In this document: piece after piece, positions 28,056 through 37,693 of the stretch
How positions within the stretch are numbered: the first letter of the stretch is position 1
How the letters are laid out: every line of letters starts with the position of its first letter
Assembly (NCBI GenBank): GCA_039806885.1
Contig: JBDHQE010000001.1
Span: 1 to 51,499 of the forward strand
Direction of reading: 5' to 3'
Origin: Verrucomicrobiales bacterium
Lineage (GTDB): Bacteria > Verrucomicrobiota > Verrucomicrobiia > Verrucomicrobiales > DEV007
Length of the DNA stretch: 51,499 nt
Made by a program: the position numbers and the translations under genes
Notes under the pieces: generated by a model
Database searches by the model: none
Seen by the model: the letters and a program-made list of their open reading frames with translations, nothing else
Told to the model about the DNA's origin: nothing

Positions 28056-28721
28056 TTACCAAATCGAGAACGGATCATCATCCAGACCACTCCATCGCGA
28101 GTGATTGGGCCATTCGCGTTCGAAGCCGTCGCAAGTGACCTCAAAGGCCGGACAGACGAAGCAGCCATCTCCTCGAATAATCTCGGGATCGAGAGTAGGA
28201 GGATAGAGCTGCAGGAGTTGATCGGACATGTCGAGCACTTGCTTTTCTTCGTCGCTCATATCGCGGGAAGGCAGTTCGAAAATGCCGTGATCGTCCAGAC
28301 AGATTCCGCCTTCAATAAACAAGACGGAATTTTCTGCGTCGATATGGTGCTGCATTCCGGCGATGTATTCCTCTGTCACCAGCCGCAGTTGAACCTGATC
28401 GGCGGGGGTAGGGGAGGGCTTTTCGATCAGTTGGTGGATTCGATCAAGTTTCTCCTTGAACTGACGGTGGTCATCCACCATAACCATGATGGGACCGTGA
28501 TCGCCTGGCAAATCGACTTGATTCACCATCGCATCGAACAGAATTTCCTCTTCGCGTGAGTGATGAAACTGATCGGCGAAGAGGCGAAAAAATCGGATAA
28601 AATGAGCGAGATCTGCTGGGTCGTCGTGTTCGTCCAAGAAGCGATTAACTCCTGTGCGGAATGAATCCAACATTTGGTCGATCCGTTCGTGCTCGGCTCT
28701 CAACTCATCCAGCAACTGCAT
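28056..28721 (-). CDS. Hemerythrin-domain protein with Cys-containing C-terminal tail
   Basis: LRAEH, HHSREEEILF, DDH, HIDAENSVLF; tail GDGCFVCPAFEVTC. Confidence 0.88.
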   Translation of the reverse strand: MQLLDELRAEHERIDQMLDSFRTGVNRFLDEHDDPADLAHFIRFFRLFADQFHHSREEEILFDAMVNQVDLPGDHGPIMVMVDDHRQFKEKLDRIHQLIEKPSPTPADQVQLRLVTEEYIAGMQHHIDAENSVLFIEGGICLDDHGIFELPSRDMSDEEKQVLDMSDQLLQLYPPTLDPEIIRGDGCFVCPAFEVTCDGFEREWPNHSRWSGLDDDPFSIW

Positions 28722-28906
28722 TCAGTGAGTATGATGGAAATTTCGACGGAATCAACAATCTCGATCTGTGTCTGACGCAGATTTGCGCAGAGAAGACGCT
28801 GGTTTTCACACGCATGATGTATCTCCGTGATTCAGCAGTCGCGCCGATTCGTGACTGGCGACATGGTCTGGATTCACGAGAGATTTTTTGACCCGAAGGG
28901 AACCGT

Positions 28907-30205
28907 ATGGGACATATCGTCATGGCAGATTTTCAGGATTCAAACCAGCAGCATCTCAAGAGCATGCTGGAAGGAAAAAATATAGATGAGGTAGCAGTGC
29001 GTCTGCAACCGGATCGGAGCAATCTGCCGCGAATTTCTAATGGCAGTCCTGTCGTGTCGGCGAATCATGCTGAACATCACTGGAAGGAACTGGGACTCTC
29101 TGACGAGTATCGGACACAGCTCCGGGAGGCCTTATTAACTCCGTTCACGGAAGAACTCTCCGCATATCAGGGACATGTGGAAAATGTGATCGGAGTGTTG
29201 CGCACGCCGATCGGTGTGGCTGGGCCGCTGCGAGTGAGAGGCGTATCTGCGCAAGGTGATTTTCCTATTCCTCTCGCGACCACGGAGGCGGCTCTGGTCG
29301 CGAGCTATCATCGGGGCTGTCGCGTTCTCACACTGGCGGGCGGATGTCGGAGCATCGTATTGTCGGATGGAGTCAGTCGGTCTCCAGGATTCGTATTTCC
29401 AACGGTGCTGGATGCTTGTCAGTTCGTGATTTGGGCGGGGACACAGCATGAAAAATTTCGTGAAATTACAACAGACGTGATTGGCGTGGAAAGCTTGACT
29501 GAGGTCTCTCCAATCGTGGAGGGAAACAGTGTGTATCTCGATCTTCGGTTTGCGTCGGGGGACTCTGCGAGCTTGGTGGGTGTGAATCGAGCCGTCGATG
29601 GAATCTGTGACTGGATCGCTCGTCAGTCACCCGTGCCTCCGAATCGTCACTATCCAGAATCCAATCTCTCCGGCGAAAAAAGAGCGGGTTTCAGCGGCCT
29701 CACAGAGGGACGAGGCAAACGAGTCGTTGCAGAGGCGATCATACCGGCAGAGGTGGTGCGGAAGTATCTTCACACAGGCACGCAGGCGATGGCCGACTAC
29801 TGGCGTCTGTCGTCGATTGGAGCCACCCTCGGTGGTTCCACAGGAGGGCAGGGACATTTCGCTAACGGGCTGACGGCATTTTATCTCGCGACAGGACAGG
29901 ATATGGCCAGTGCGGCGGCTTCGGCTACAGGAGTGACTCGAATGGAAGTCACTCCCGAGGGCGATCTCTATGCGAGCGTGAGTTTGCCATCGGTACTAGT
30001 CGGATCGGTCGGGGGTGCAACAGAATTGCCTAGTCAGAAGGCCTGCCTAGAACTGATGAAGCTGTCGGGGGCAGGTAAAGGATATGCTCTGGCGGAGGTA
30101 TGTGCCGGATTGCTGCTCGCAGGAGAGATTTCTATCGTGGCAGCGATGACGGCAGATCGCCTGAACCGGACTCACCGGCCTGTTACACGGGAGCGCGAAG
30201 AGTGA
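28907..30205 (+). CDS. Class I HMG-CoA reductase-like protein with divergent cofactor motifs
   Basis: ENVIG, PLATTEAALVAS, ATGQD, GSVGGAT, LAGEIS; start at 28907 or 28922. Confidence 0.8.
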   Translation: MGHIVMADFQDSNQQHLKSMLEGKNIDEVAVRLQPDRSNLPRISNGSPVVSANHAEHHWKELGLSDEYRTQLREALLTPFTEELSAYQGHVENVIGVLRTPIGVAGPLRVRGVSAQGDFPIPLATTEAALVASYHRGCRVLTLAGGCRSIVLSDGVSRSPGFVFPTVLDACQFVIWAGTQHEKFREITTDVIGVESLTEVSPIVEGNSVYLDLRFASGDSASLVGVNRAVDGICDWIARQSPVPPNRHYPESNLSGEKRAGFSGLTEGRGKRVVAEAIIPAEVVRKYLHTGTQAMADYWRLSSIGATLGGSTGGQGHFANGLTAFYLATGQDMASAAASATGVTRMEVTPEGDLYASVSLPSVLVGSVGGATELPSQKACLELMKLSGAGKGYALAEVCAGLLLAGEISIVAAMTADRLNRTHRPVTREREE

Positions 30206-30221
30206 GCGGAGCATCTGCTTT

Positions 30222-33200
30222 TCACTCGAAGAGTGCCATCAGTTCATCATCACTGATGCCAGTGCCGCTAGTATCCGCCAATAGCGATTCTACGAGAGAG
30301 CGTTTACGATTCTGCAGAGAGAGAATTTTTTCCTCCACCGTATCGCTTGCGATCAATTTATAGCTAGTCACGATGCGCTCCTGCCCGATCCGGTGGGCGC
30401 GGTCGGTTGCTTGGGCTTCGACGGCAGGGTTCCACCAAGGATCGACGTGGATCACTGTATCGGCGGCGGTCAGGTTGAGCCCCACGCCTCCCGCCTTCAG
30501 ACTGATAAGAAAAACGGGGAACTGACCACTTTGGAAGCGATTCACCACAGAGGCTCGATCTTTCGTCGCTCCGTCCAGATAGGTGAAAGCGATCCGCTTG
30601 GTGGCTAGTTCAGCCGCGAGAATCTGGAGCATGCTGACGAATTGACTGAAGACGAGCAGGCGATGGCCCCCTGCGATGGCCTCGTCCAGCAACTCCATAA
30701 TCGTCGCGACTTTGGCAGATGCTTCCTCCTCGGGATCGTGATCGAGTCCGAGAAGACGGAGATCGCAGCATACTTGGCGAAGACGCAGGAGAGCAACGAG
30801 GGCGAGCATCCGTCTCCGGCCACCTTCGGCCTCGAGAAGGGAAGTTCGGCTCTCGCTGAGAATTCGGCTGTAAACCTCGCGCTGGTGCGGGGGGAGCTCA
30901 CAGAAAATTACCTGTTCGATCTTATCAGGCAGATCGCGAGCGACTTCCTGTTTCAGGCGGCGAAGCAGCACAGGGCGCAACCTGCGAGCGAGTCTCTCGC
31001 GGGCGGATGTGTCAGGCGTGTTTCCTGTGAGTGCCCGCGTGAAGCGTTCGCTAAAGCGATCACGACTCCCGAGGTATCCGGGCAGGGCGAAGCGGCTGAT
31101 CGACCAGAGATCCTCGGGCGAGTTTTCGATCGGGGTGCCCGTGAGGGCGAAGCGATATTTTGCCTGAAGACGATGGGCAACCTTGCTCACCTGAGCTTCA
31201 GGATTCTTGATCTGTTGTGCTTCATCGAGAATCACTGCCTCGAATTTTCGCGATTTCCAGATGGCTTCGTCGCGACGAAGTAGTGCGTAGCTGGTCACTA
31301 GGAGATCGGCATCTGCATGGGATTTCAGGAGATCCTGGCGATTGGGCCCGGTGATGGCGATTGCTTTTCGATGGGGGATGAATCGTTCCGCCTCGGCGAT
31401 CCAGTTATGCACGACAGACGATGGACAAACCACGAGAGATTGGCCGCCGATGGAATCGAGAAACGCGAGGGTTTGTAGAGTTTTTCCGAGTCCCATGTCG
31501 TCGGCTAGAATCCCGCCCATCCCACGAGAGGCTAGGCCGCGCATCCAGTCCACTCCCTCACGCTGATAAGGGCGCAAAATAGAAGCCAAGGCTTCGGATA
31601 CAGAGGCAATTTCGATCTTTGTTCCGTCGTCACGACTCTGCCAGGGCGGGGTACCGTCGATCCGAAGTCCGAAGTCACGCACCGACTCAGACAGATAATC
31701 CGCCTGCTGTTGAGCGATGCGATACACGCCGGGCTGAATTTGCTCAGGTTCGCAGTCGGTCAGAATCTCGTTCAATTCGATAGCAGCGCCTGGAGCAATC
31801 ACGCCGATTTTTCCCTTTGCCCCTGGACGACTACGCCGCCCTGACTCGAGGAGCCGCTGAATTTCCTGACGGGAGAAATTCTCGCCGGAAGGAGTGACGA
31901 AGCCCACTTCCAACGCGAACCAATCTTCGCCACTACGGGGGAAGCGTAGAGTAGGGGTGATCGGTTCGACCTGGCCGAGAGCGTGCTCGAAGCGCTCACC
32001 CGTCATAGTTTCCCAGCGTTGTCGAAAGATGGGGTAGCCGTGCGCGAGAAATTGCAGAATCGAGTCCTTGTCCTTATTCACATAGCGTCCGCTGTCTCCA
32101 CGGGCGGAGAAACCAGCAGCCTCCAGATCGGCGATGGCTGCCTGTTCGGTCTCGGTATCGGCGAGCCACAACTGACCGTCCTGTTCCCAGACACTCGGAC
32201 GATTCGAGGTGGCAGAGATCTCGCGTTCACCATAGAGAAACACGAGATCTGCATCGAGGTGATTTAACGATCCTTCGAGCTGCAGCCGTATCCTAGGAGT
32301 GGATGTTACGATGGGTAAGGCGGATGTGTCGAAAATCGACTCCCATTCCGCGAGCCGCTTTGCTAGTTCATTCGCCGAGACAGAAAGACCCTCTCCCAGA
32401 AGCTCTGTGGCACTGGTGAAAGCAGAGGCGACCATCGAGAGATTCGTCTTTCCATCAAAGGCCCAACTGCCGGTATCAGAGAGGAGCGGGGTCAGTCCGC
32501 TAGGCCATACGGCTCGGAATCTGGTGCCGCCCATCCATTTCAATTTCAGACGCAAGATCTCATCGGCGACATAGAGGGACTTATCTCGCCCCATCGTGAT
32601 TCGAGGGTGAGTGACGAGACTGTCTAGGAGTCGCGACATATCGGGCGGTGTCAGCATGAGGATACCGGGGACAGCTTCAGGGGAAAGTTCCTGCATCCGC
32701 TGAAATAAAATCTCGTCAATCGGATCGAGCACGATGCGTGTGGCGGGAGGCAGCGCTTTGAGCAAGGTTCGCTCCTTACCCCGCGAGATTTCAATTCCTG
32801 CCGTGATTCGTCCCTTCTCCCATGCCGAAGTGAAATTCGGTGGCAGGACGAAGTGAAGTGTCGCAAAAACGGCTCCCTCTTCCGCCTGGGAAGAGACGAT
32901 GGGCCACGCGGGATTGAGAGCCGGTCGCGTCGCCGGGGAATGAGAGGCAGGAGCGGAGTCGCCTGAAGATGATGCGAGAGCCGGCCCTGTCTTGGGTTCG
33001 ATCACTTCGAGTCCCGCCGCGAGGGTATGGGCGCAGATGAGTCCGTCTCGGCGCGACAGGTAGCAGGGACAGTGGTTGATCACGTCGGTGCGGGATCGGA
33101 ATTCTAGGCGAACGTGGATTTCCTTGTTTCCCACCATCACATCCGCTTCGATCACGTTGTTGCGAAAGCTGGCGTTGCGGACTCGTCCTGCTTCGTGGAT

Positions 33201-33278
33201 GGAGCGCGCTTCTTTCATTTCCTTCCAGCCTCCGGTATCGATGAGAAACTTGCGGCTGAGTTGAATGGAGTCAGGCAT
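30222..33278 (-). CDS. SWIM zinc finger-SNF2 family ATPase
   Basis: CPC...CAH, LADDMGLGKT, DEAQ, TGTPIEN, AGGVGLNL, QATDRAHRIGQ. Confidence 0.93.
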   Translation of the reverse strand: MPDSIQLSRKFLIDTGGWKEMKEARSIHEAGRVRNASFRNNVIEADVMVGNKEIHVRLEFRSRTDVINHCPCYLSRRDGLICAHTLAAGLEVIEPKTGPALASSSGDSAPASHSPATRPALNPAWPIVSSQAEEGAVFATLHFVLPPNFTSAWEKGRITAGIEISRGKERTLLKALPPATRIVLDPIDEILFQRMQELSPEAVPGILMLTPPDMSRLLDSLVTHPRITMGRDKSLYVADEILRLKLKWMGGTRFRAVWPSGLTPLLSDTGSWAFDGKTNLSMVASAFTSATELLGEGLSVSANELAKRLAEWESIFDTSALPIVTSTPRIRLQLEGSLNHLDADLVFLYGEREISATSNRPSVWEQDGQLWLADTETEQAAIADLEAAGFSARGDSGRYVNKDKDSILQFLAHGYPIFRQRWETMTGERFEHALGQVEPITPTLRFPRSGEDWFALEVGFVTPSGENFSRQEIQRLLESGRRSRPGAKGKIGVIAPGAAIELNEILTDCEPEQIQPGVYRIAQQQADYLSESVRDFGLRIDGTPPWQSRDDGTKIEIASVSEALASILRPYQREGVDWMRGLASRGMGGILADDMGLGKTLQTLAFLDSIGGQSLVVCPSSVVHNWIAEAERFIPHRKAIAITGPNRQDLLKSHADADLLVTSYALLRRDEAIWKSRKFEAVILDEAQQIKNPEAQVSKVAHRLQAKYRFALTGTPIENSPEDLWSISRFALPGYLGSRDRFSERFTRALTGNTPDTSARERLARRLRPVLLRRLKQEVARDLPDKIEQVIFCELPPHQREVYSRILSESRTSLLEAEGGRRRMLALVALLRLRQVCCDLRLLGLDHDPEEEASAKVATIMELLDEAIAGGHRLLVFSQFVSMLQILAAELATKRIAFTYLDGATKDRASVVNRFQSGQFPVFLISLKAGGVGLNLTAADTVIHVDPWWNPAVEAQATDRAHRIGQERIVTSYKLIASDTVEEKILSLQNRKRSLVESLLADTSGTGISDDELMALFE

Positions 33279-33450
33279 GGGAGGGGAAGTGGAAGAGTAG
33301 ATTTTGTAAAAAGAGTGATCTGGTGGAATAGGGATGGCTAGAAGATGAGCACAAAAATGCGACTGCCGATCAAAAAATAGCGGAGTCGCGTCGTTGGCAT
33401 CTCTGCCGAATGAGTGGAAAGTATCCTATCATCTGATTGATCGACTCTGC

Positions 33451-33951
33451 ATGTCGTATTTTCCTTCCATTTTCCCTCGCTTCTTCCTCGGTGCTATCAT
33501 TCTGATCCTGTCTTTGTTAACGACGGGGGTGATTCTCGCGGACGACGCGATCGACGAGACCAGCCCAGAGCATCAGGCTCTGCTGCTTGCGAAGGAATCG
33601 CTATCGGAGCCAAATTTTACTCTGCGCGAGGATTACTGGAAAGGGGAAGTCGCCCCTCGCACGGGGCGAGCTGTGAGACTCCAATTTTTCAAGCGCAATG
33701 AGTATCGACTGTTTTTTGGAGTCGCTCCCACCGCTCTACCCAAAGGATCGCGATTGCATCTGCACATCATCGACCAAGAGAATGCCGAAGTGAGCACTGT
33801 CGCTGGTGAACCGGATGCGCCTGCGGTGAAGCTGGTATTCGAAAACAATGTTGGAAGTGGACTCTATCTGGTGCTGATGCGCATCGAGATGCCGCCTGGT
33901 CCCTTTCCCGATACGGAGATTCCGGCTGTTCTTTTCTATGGCTGGCACTGA
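33451..33951 (+). CDS. Exported hypothetical protein
   Basis: Signal-peptide-like start at ATG 33451; beta-rich mature region. Confidence 0.65.
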   Translation: MSYFPSIFPRFFLGAIILILSLLTTGVILADDAIDETSPEHQALLLAKESLSEPNFTLREDYWKGEVAPRTGRAVRLQFFKRNEYRLFFGVAPTALPKGSRLHLHIIDQENAEVSTVAGEPDAPAVKLVFENNVGSGLYLVLMRIEMPPGPFPDTEIPAVLFYGWH

Positions 33952-33976
33952 ATTTCACGCTCTTCATCCCCTGAAT

Positions 33977-34885
33977 ATGAATCCCTCACTGCTCGCCTCT
34001 ACCGCTCTCTGTGCCTTGACCGTATCTCTTCTTGCGACTCCCCTGGCGCGGGCGGAGTTTCCCGATCCTCTCCCGAAAGCCATTCTACTCTGGCCCGAGG
34101 GAGCGCCCGGTTCAGAATCACGTCAGCACGAGCCAGAGCATCGCGAAGGAGACAATATCACCAACGTCCACGCTCCTTCGATCACGCCCTTTCTGCCAGA
34201 TGCGGATCAAGCGACGGGCACAGCGGTGATTATCTGTCCCGGAGGCGGACACGCGAAGCTCTGCTTGGGACATGAGGGCTATTCGCTTGGAGAATGGATG
34301 CGAGATCACGGGATCGCAGCGTTCGTTCTGAAATATCGACTCAGCAAGGAGCCGGATTCTCCTTACACCTTAGAAGACCACGCGATGGCTGATGCACGAC
34401 GAGCGATCCGTACGGTCCGGAGTCGAGCGGCTGAGTGGCATCTCAATCCCGAGCGCATCGGAATCATCGGTTTTTCCGCCGGAGGAGAACTGGCTGCTTA
34501 CAGTGCAATGGAAAGTGATTTGGGAAAAGTCGATTCATCAGATCCGGTTGAGCGAGTCTCTTGTCGTCCAGACTTTCAGGGACTGATTTACCCAGGGAAA
34601 TCGAGCACCTTTAGCGCGAAAGCAGGGATGCCTCCCGTGTTCATCGCCTGTGGATACGGAGATCGCCCCGATATCTCTGAGGGAATGGCCTCCGTGTATC
34701 TCCAATACAAAGCGGCTGGAGTGAAGGCCGAATTGCACATTTTTGCGAATGCGAAACATGGCTTCGGGTATCGAAAGAGCGCTGCCTCCACGAGTGCCGC
34801 TTCACGATGGCCGGATCGCTTCTACGAGTGGCTCGTGGATAGCCAGTTACTCGATGATAAGAGTCAGACGACTCCGGAGGAGTGA
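33977..34885 (+). CDS. Exported alpha/beta hydrolase (carbohydrate-esterase-like)
   Basis: LWPEGAPG, ICPGGG, IGIIGFSAGG, KHGFG; signal peptide from ATG 33977. Confidence 0.88.
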   Translation: MNPSLLASTALCALTVSLLATPLARAEFPDPLPKAILLWPEGAPGSESRQHEPEHREGDNITNVHAPSITPFLPDADQATGTAVIICPGGGHAKLCLGHEGYSLGEWMRDHGIAAFVLKYRLSKEPDSPYTLEDHAMADARRAIRTVRSRAAEWHLNPERIGIIGFSAGGELAAYSAMESDLGKVDSSDPVERVSCRPDFQGLIYPGKSSTFSAKAGMPPVFIACGYGDRPDISEGMASVYLQYKAAGVKAELHIFANAKHGFGYRKSAASTSAASRWPDRFYEWLVDSQLLDDKSQTTPEE

Positions 34886-34969
34886 ATGGAAAGCTCTTCC
34901 GGAGTGAGGATGACTTTCCGGAGTGAAGTTGAATTTGAGCGACACTTCAGCTGAGAACTCTTCGGACAA

Positions 34970-35485
34970 TCAGCGTCCGGCAAAGGGATTCATCGACTCC
35001 TGAATTGAGCCATCCGGCATTAGGATATGGGCACCTTTTCCGTGGAAATTCCCTCGTTCCATCGCCCACGGCTGATTCCAGCGATAGGGAGTCGCCGGGT
35101 TTTTATCGAACCGGGTGATATTGTATGAGCCATAGTAACGCTCTTTTATCTGTCCTCTGATGCGTTCGATATTCCGATCCATCGGGCATAGCCAGCTTTC
35201 TTGACTCATGCCGTAGGGCTCGGTCGCCTTAATCCAGAATTCGAAGAACTGTTCTTCGGTAAAATTATAACGATTCTCCTGCATCTGAGGCCACATTCCC
35301 TTGTCCAGTACGTAGGACGCGAGAGAGGAATGCAGAGTTCGCATATGGGAGATGCACTGAGCCTTTTTGGCTCGTTTCACCGCCGTGGAAGAGATGATCG
35401 TTACCAGACCCACAAGCATGGCCACGACCACAACCGTAACCAGCAACTCCAGCAAAGTGAAGCCGGAAGTGCGTTGCAGTTTCAA
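34970..35485 (-). CDS. Prepilin-type N-terminal cleavage protein with H-X9-DG motif
   Basis: GFTLLELL, AQCISHMR, CP, HGKGAHILMPDG; TTG start. Confidence 0.88.
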   Translation of the reverse strand: MKLQRTSGFTLLELLVTVVVVAMLVGLVTIISSTAVKRAKKAQCISHMRTLHSSLASYVLDKGMWPQMQENRYNFTEEQFFEFWIKATEPYGMSQESWLCPMDRNIERIRGQIKERYYGSYNITRFDKNPATPYRWNQPWAMERGNFHGKGAHILMPDGSIQESMNPFAGR

Positions 35486-35538
35486 ATGAAAATTTGAGAC
35501 GAAAGGAAGGAGTTTGTGATGCTCCGTAGTCAGGCAAC

Positions 35539-36069
35539 TCAGAGAAGCTTGTAGGACACTTTGGAGCCTAGGACGGTGAATTTGAAGATCGGTCCAGGTC
35601 CTAGTGCCGTTGTGATATTCGCTTCTCCCACACCGACGAAGGGAGTAGCAGCGATGAACTTCGATTCATGGAGCAATCGAGCTTTAAATGCACTCACAAA
35701 TGAGTTAGTTCCCAGACCCATGGCATCATTCGCTGTGCCCATCGCGATCACACGCCCAGACATAGAGTTGATCGTACCAATGGTCGAGCCAAAATATTGA
35801 ACGCCTTGATAATACCAGATATTCGTGTAACCAGGCAACATCGACCCGAGATTCACGTTTACAGGATTTAAATTCGTACCGTTATCGTTTCCAACAGCGA
35901 ATCGATAAACGCCCATTCCATTGAGCGTGCTGGCAGTCGCTTCATAAACTCCGTCGTTATCTTCGGCCTGAAAGAAACTATTTCCACTAAACGGACCACC
36001 AATCCACGCTTGGGCGGAAAAGCCGGGCATCAGGCAAACAGCACAGAAGAGGGCAAAAATCTTTTTCAT
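35539..36069 (-). CDS. Exported hypothetical protein
   Basis: Signal peptide MKKIFALFCAVCLMPGFSAQA from ATG 36069; Gly/Asn-rich beta-type mature region. Confidence 0.7.
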   Translation of the reverse strand: MKKIFALFCAVCLMPGFSAQAWIGGPFSGNSFFQAEDNDGVYEATASTLNGMGVYRFAVGNDNGTNLNPVNVNLGSMLPGYTNIWYYQGVQYFGSTIGTINSMSGRVIAMGTANDAMGLGTNSFVSAFKARLLHESKFIAATPFVGVGEANITTALGPGPIFKFTVLGSKVSYKLL

Positions 36070-36153
36070 AAAAACGCTTTGCAGCATCCAAGCTGGTTTT
36101 GATCGAGAAAGCAAGCAGGAAATTTCATAAATTTATTCAATATTTTGTGATAT

Positions 36154-37671
36154 TTAGAGTGCTTTAAAAGCCTCCTCCAATCGCTCCTGCAGATCGTCTA
36201 GTTCCTCCAAGCCGACGGACAGCCGAATCAGAGTGCGAGGCACCCCTCTCTGGATTGCCCAATCCATCGTCTTGTAGTGAACGAGCAGGGTGTAGGGACT
36301 GACGAGGCTGAAATTCGTCCCGAGGCTCGGTCCTTTCGACAGGGCGAGAGCGTCGTAAAACGCAGCTGCGGCGGTTTCGCCTCCGTGCAGATCGAGGGAG
36401 AATAGTCCACCGTATCCTCCATCGGATCTACGGATTACATCATAGCGCTCTCGATAAACACGCGAGGGATGCCAGAGACGCGCGATCTCGGGTCGGAGCG
36501 CTAGCCAATCAACGAGCTCTAGAGCGTTTTCATTGGTCGCCTTGACTCGCTCAGCGAAGTGGCGCGAATTATGCTCCAGCACGATGGCGTCGCGAGCGAA
36601 AAGTGGGCTGGCGGCCTCGTCGGATGAGAGTCCAGCACGCAAGCTCTCGGCATACGGTGAGGCAGGATTCAGCACGACCGCCCCCGCAGCGACATCACCG
36701 ACGCCGGAGAAGAGTTTCGTCAGACTCATGACGGCAGCGTCGGCGAAACGAAAGGTATCGATATTTACCGGCGTGGCTATGGTATCGTCAATCACGAGAG
36801 GCACCTCGTGCTCTGCGAGGAGCGACTTCATCGCAGCTAAATCCGCCGTGTGGAGCAGAGGATTGCTAGGAACCTCGGTGAAGACAGCTGCCAGCTTTTC
36901 GCCAGTGGAGAAGCAGGCGTGTAGCTCCTCATAGCCACCTGATGCTGTCGCCGTCAGATCCAGTACGCCGGGACCGAACAGCTCTTGCACGCGCATCGTA
37001 TCCAGATAGGGGAACTCCACCTGCGCGCTCCGCAGTCCCGGATGACGTGCCGCGAGTCGTCGGTGGAGAGCGGAGATCGCTCCCATGCCAGAGGAAAACA
37101 GGTAGACATCCTCTGGATTCGCATCGGTATAGAGAGCAGCGATTCTTGCGCGCAGGGTCTTTAAAGCGACCTCACCCGCAGCGACGATCTCAGGATCGAG
37201 AGGAACATCGGTCAGAGCGGACTCAGCCAGTCGACTACTGACGATCTCGCCAGAGTGCTGCCAGTATTTCCATGCGGTCTCATAGGCAGATTCCGGGACG
37301 AGTAGAGCCGTGAGCTCTCCCCAGCCGTAAGACTCGATCCGTGCTCCGATCCCGCATTGCCTCTTCACATAATCAGCCGCTCGCCACGCAGCCGAGAGCG
37401 AGGGAAAAACGAGTGCTGAATCGCCCTGAGCGCGATTACTGCGGAACTCTGCCTGAGCCGCGAGAAACAGATCGGCGACGCAAGGATGGGCGACAAAGCG
37501 GGGATACCCCAGTTCCAACTGATCGATGACACGAGAATCGGCTTCTTCGTATCCGATCACATCTTCCCAGCACGGCAGGCAGACGGAGACTGCATGGGGA
37601 CTATCGGGGATCGCACAACCGAGATCCTCGGGCTGGCAGAAGGGATCTTCGATGGGATCACGTAAACTCAT
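36154..37671 (-). CDS. Cystathionine gamma-synthase-like PLP enzyme, long (fungal Str2-like) form
   Basis: PHAVSVCLPCW..GYEE, GYPRF, SGMGA, EVPSNP, DDT, SLTK, KGPSLGTNFSL, IRLSVGLE. Confidence 0.82.
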   Translation of the reverse strand: MSLRDPIEDPFCQPEDLGCAIPDSPHAVSVCLPCWEDVIGYEEADSRVIDQLELGYPRFVAHPCVADLFLAAQAEFRSNRAQGDSALVFPSLSAAWRAADYVKRQCGIGARIESYGWGELTALLVPESAYETAWKYWQHSGEIVSSRLAESALTDVPLDPEIVAAGEVALKTLRARIAALYTDANPEDVYLFSSGMGAISALHRRLAARHPGLRSAQVEFPYLDTMRVQELFGPGVLDLTATASGGYEELHACFSTGEKLAAVFTEVPSNPLLHTADLAAMKSLLAEHEVPLVIDDTIATPVNIDTFRFADAAVMSLTKLFSGVGDVAAGAVVLNPASPYAESLRAGLSSDEAASPLFARDAIVLEHNSRHFAERVKATNENALELVDWLALRPEIARLWHPSRVYRERYDVIRRSDGGYGGLFSLDLHGGETAAAAFYDALALSKGPSLGTNFSLVSPYTLLVHYKTMDWAIQRGVPRTLIRLSVGLEELDDLQERLEEAFKAL

Positions 37672-37693
37672 AGGATCAATTCAATACAGAAAA

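Noticed and set aside
27957-28559. 200-aa plus-strand ORF
   Set aside because: Antisense shadow of the hemerythrin gene.
30642-31283. 213-aa plus-strand ORF
   Set aside because: Antisense shadow within the SNF2 gene.
30222-33278. SWIM-SNF2 as part of a defence system
   Set aside because: Solitary and host-like in composition with no defence partners adjacent; a common housekeeping architecture.
34871-34928. Short CCGGAG(TGA) direct repeats between convergent genes
   Set aside because: Only two or three copies of 11 bp or less, with no clear structure or spacers.
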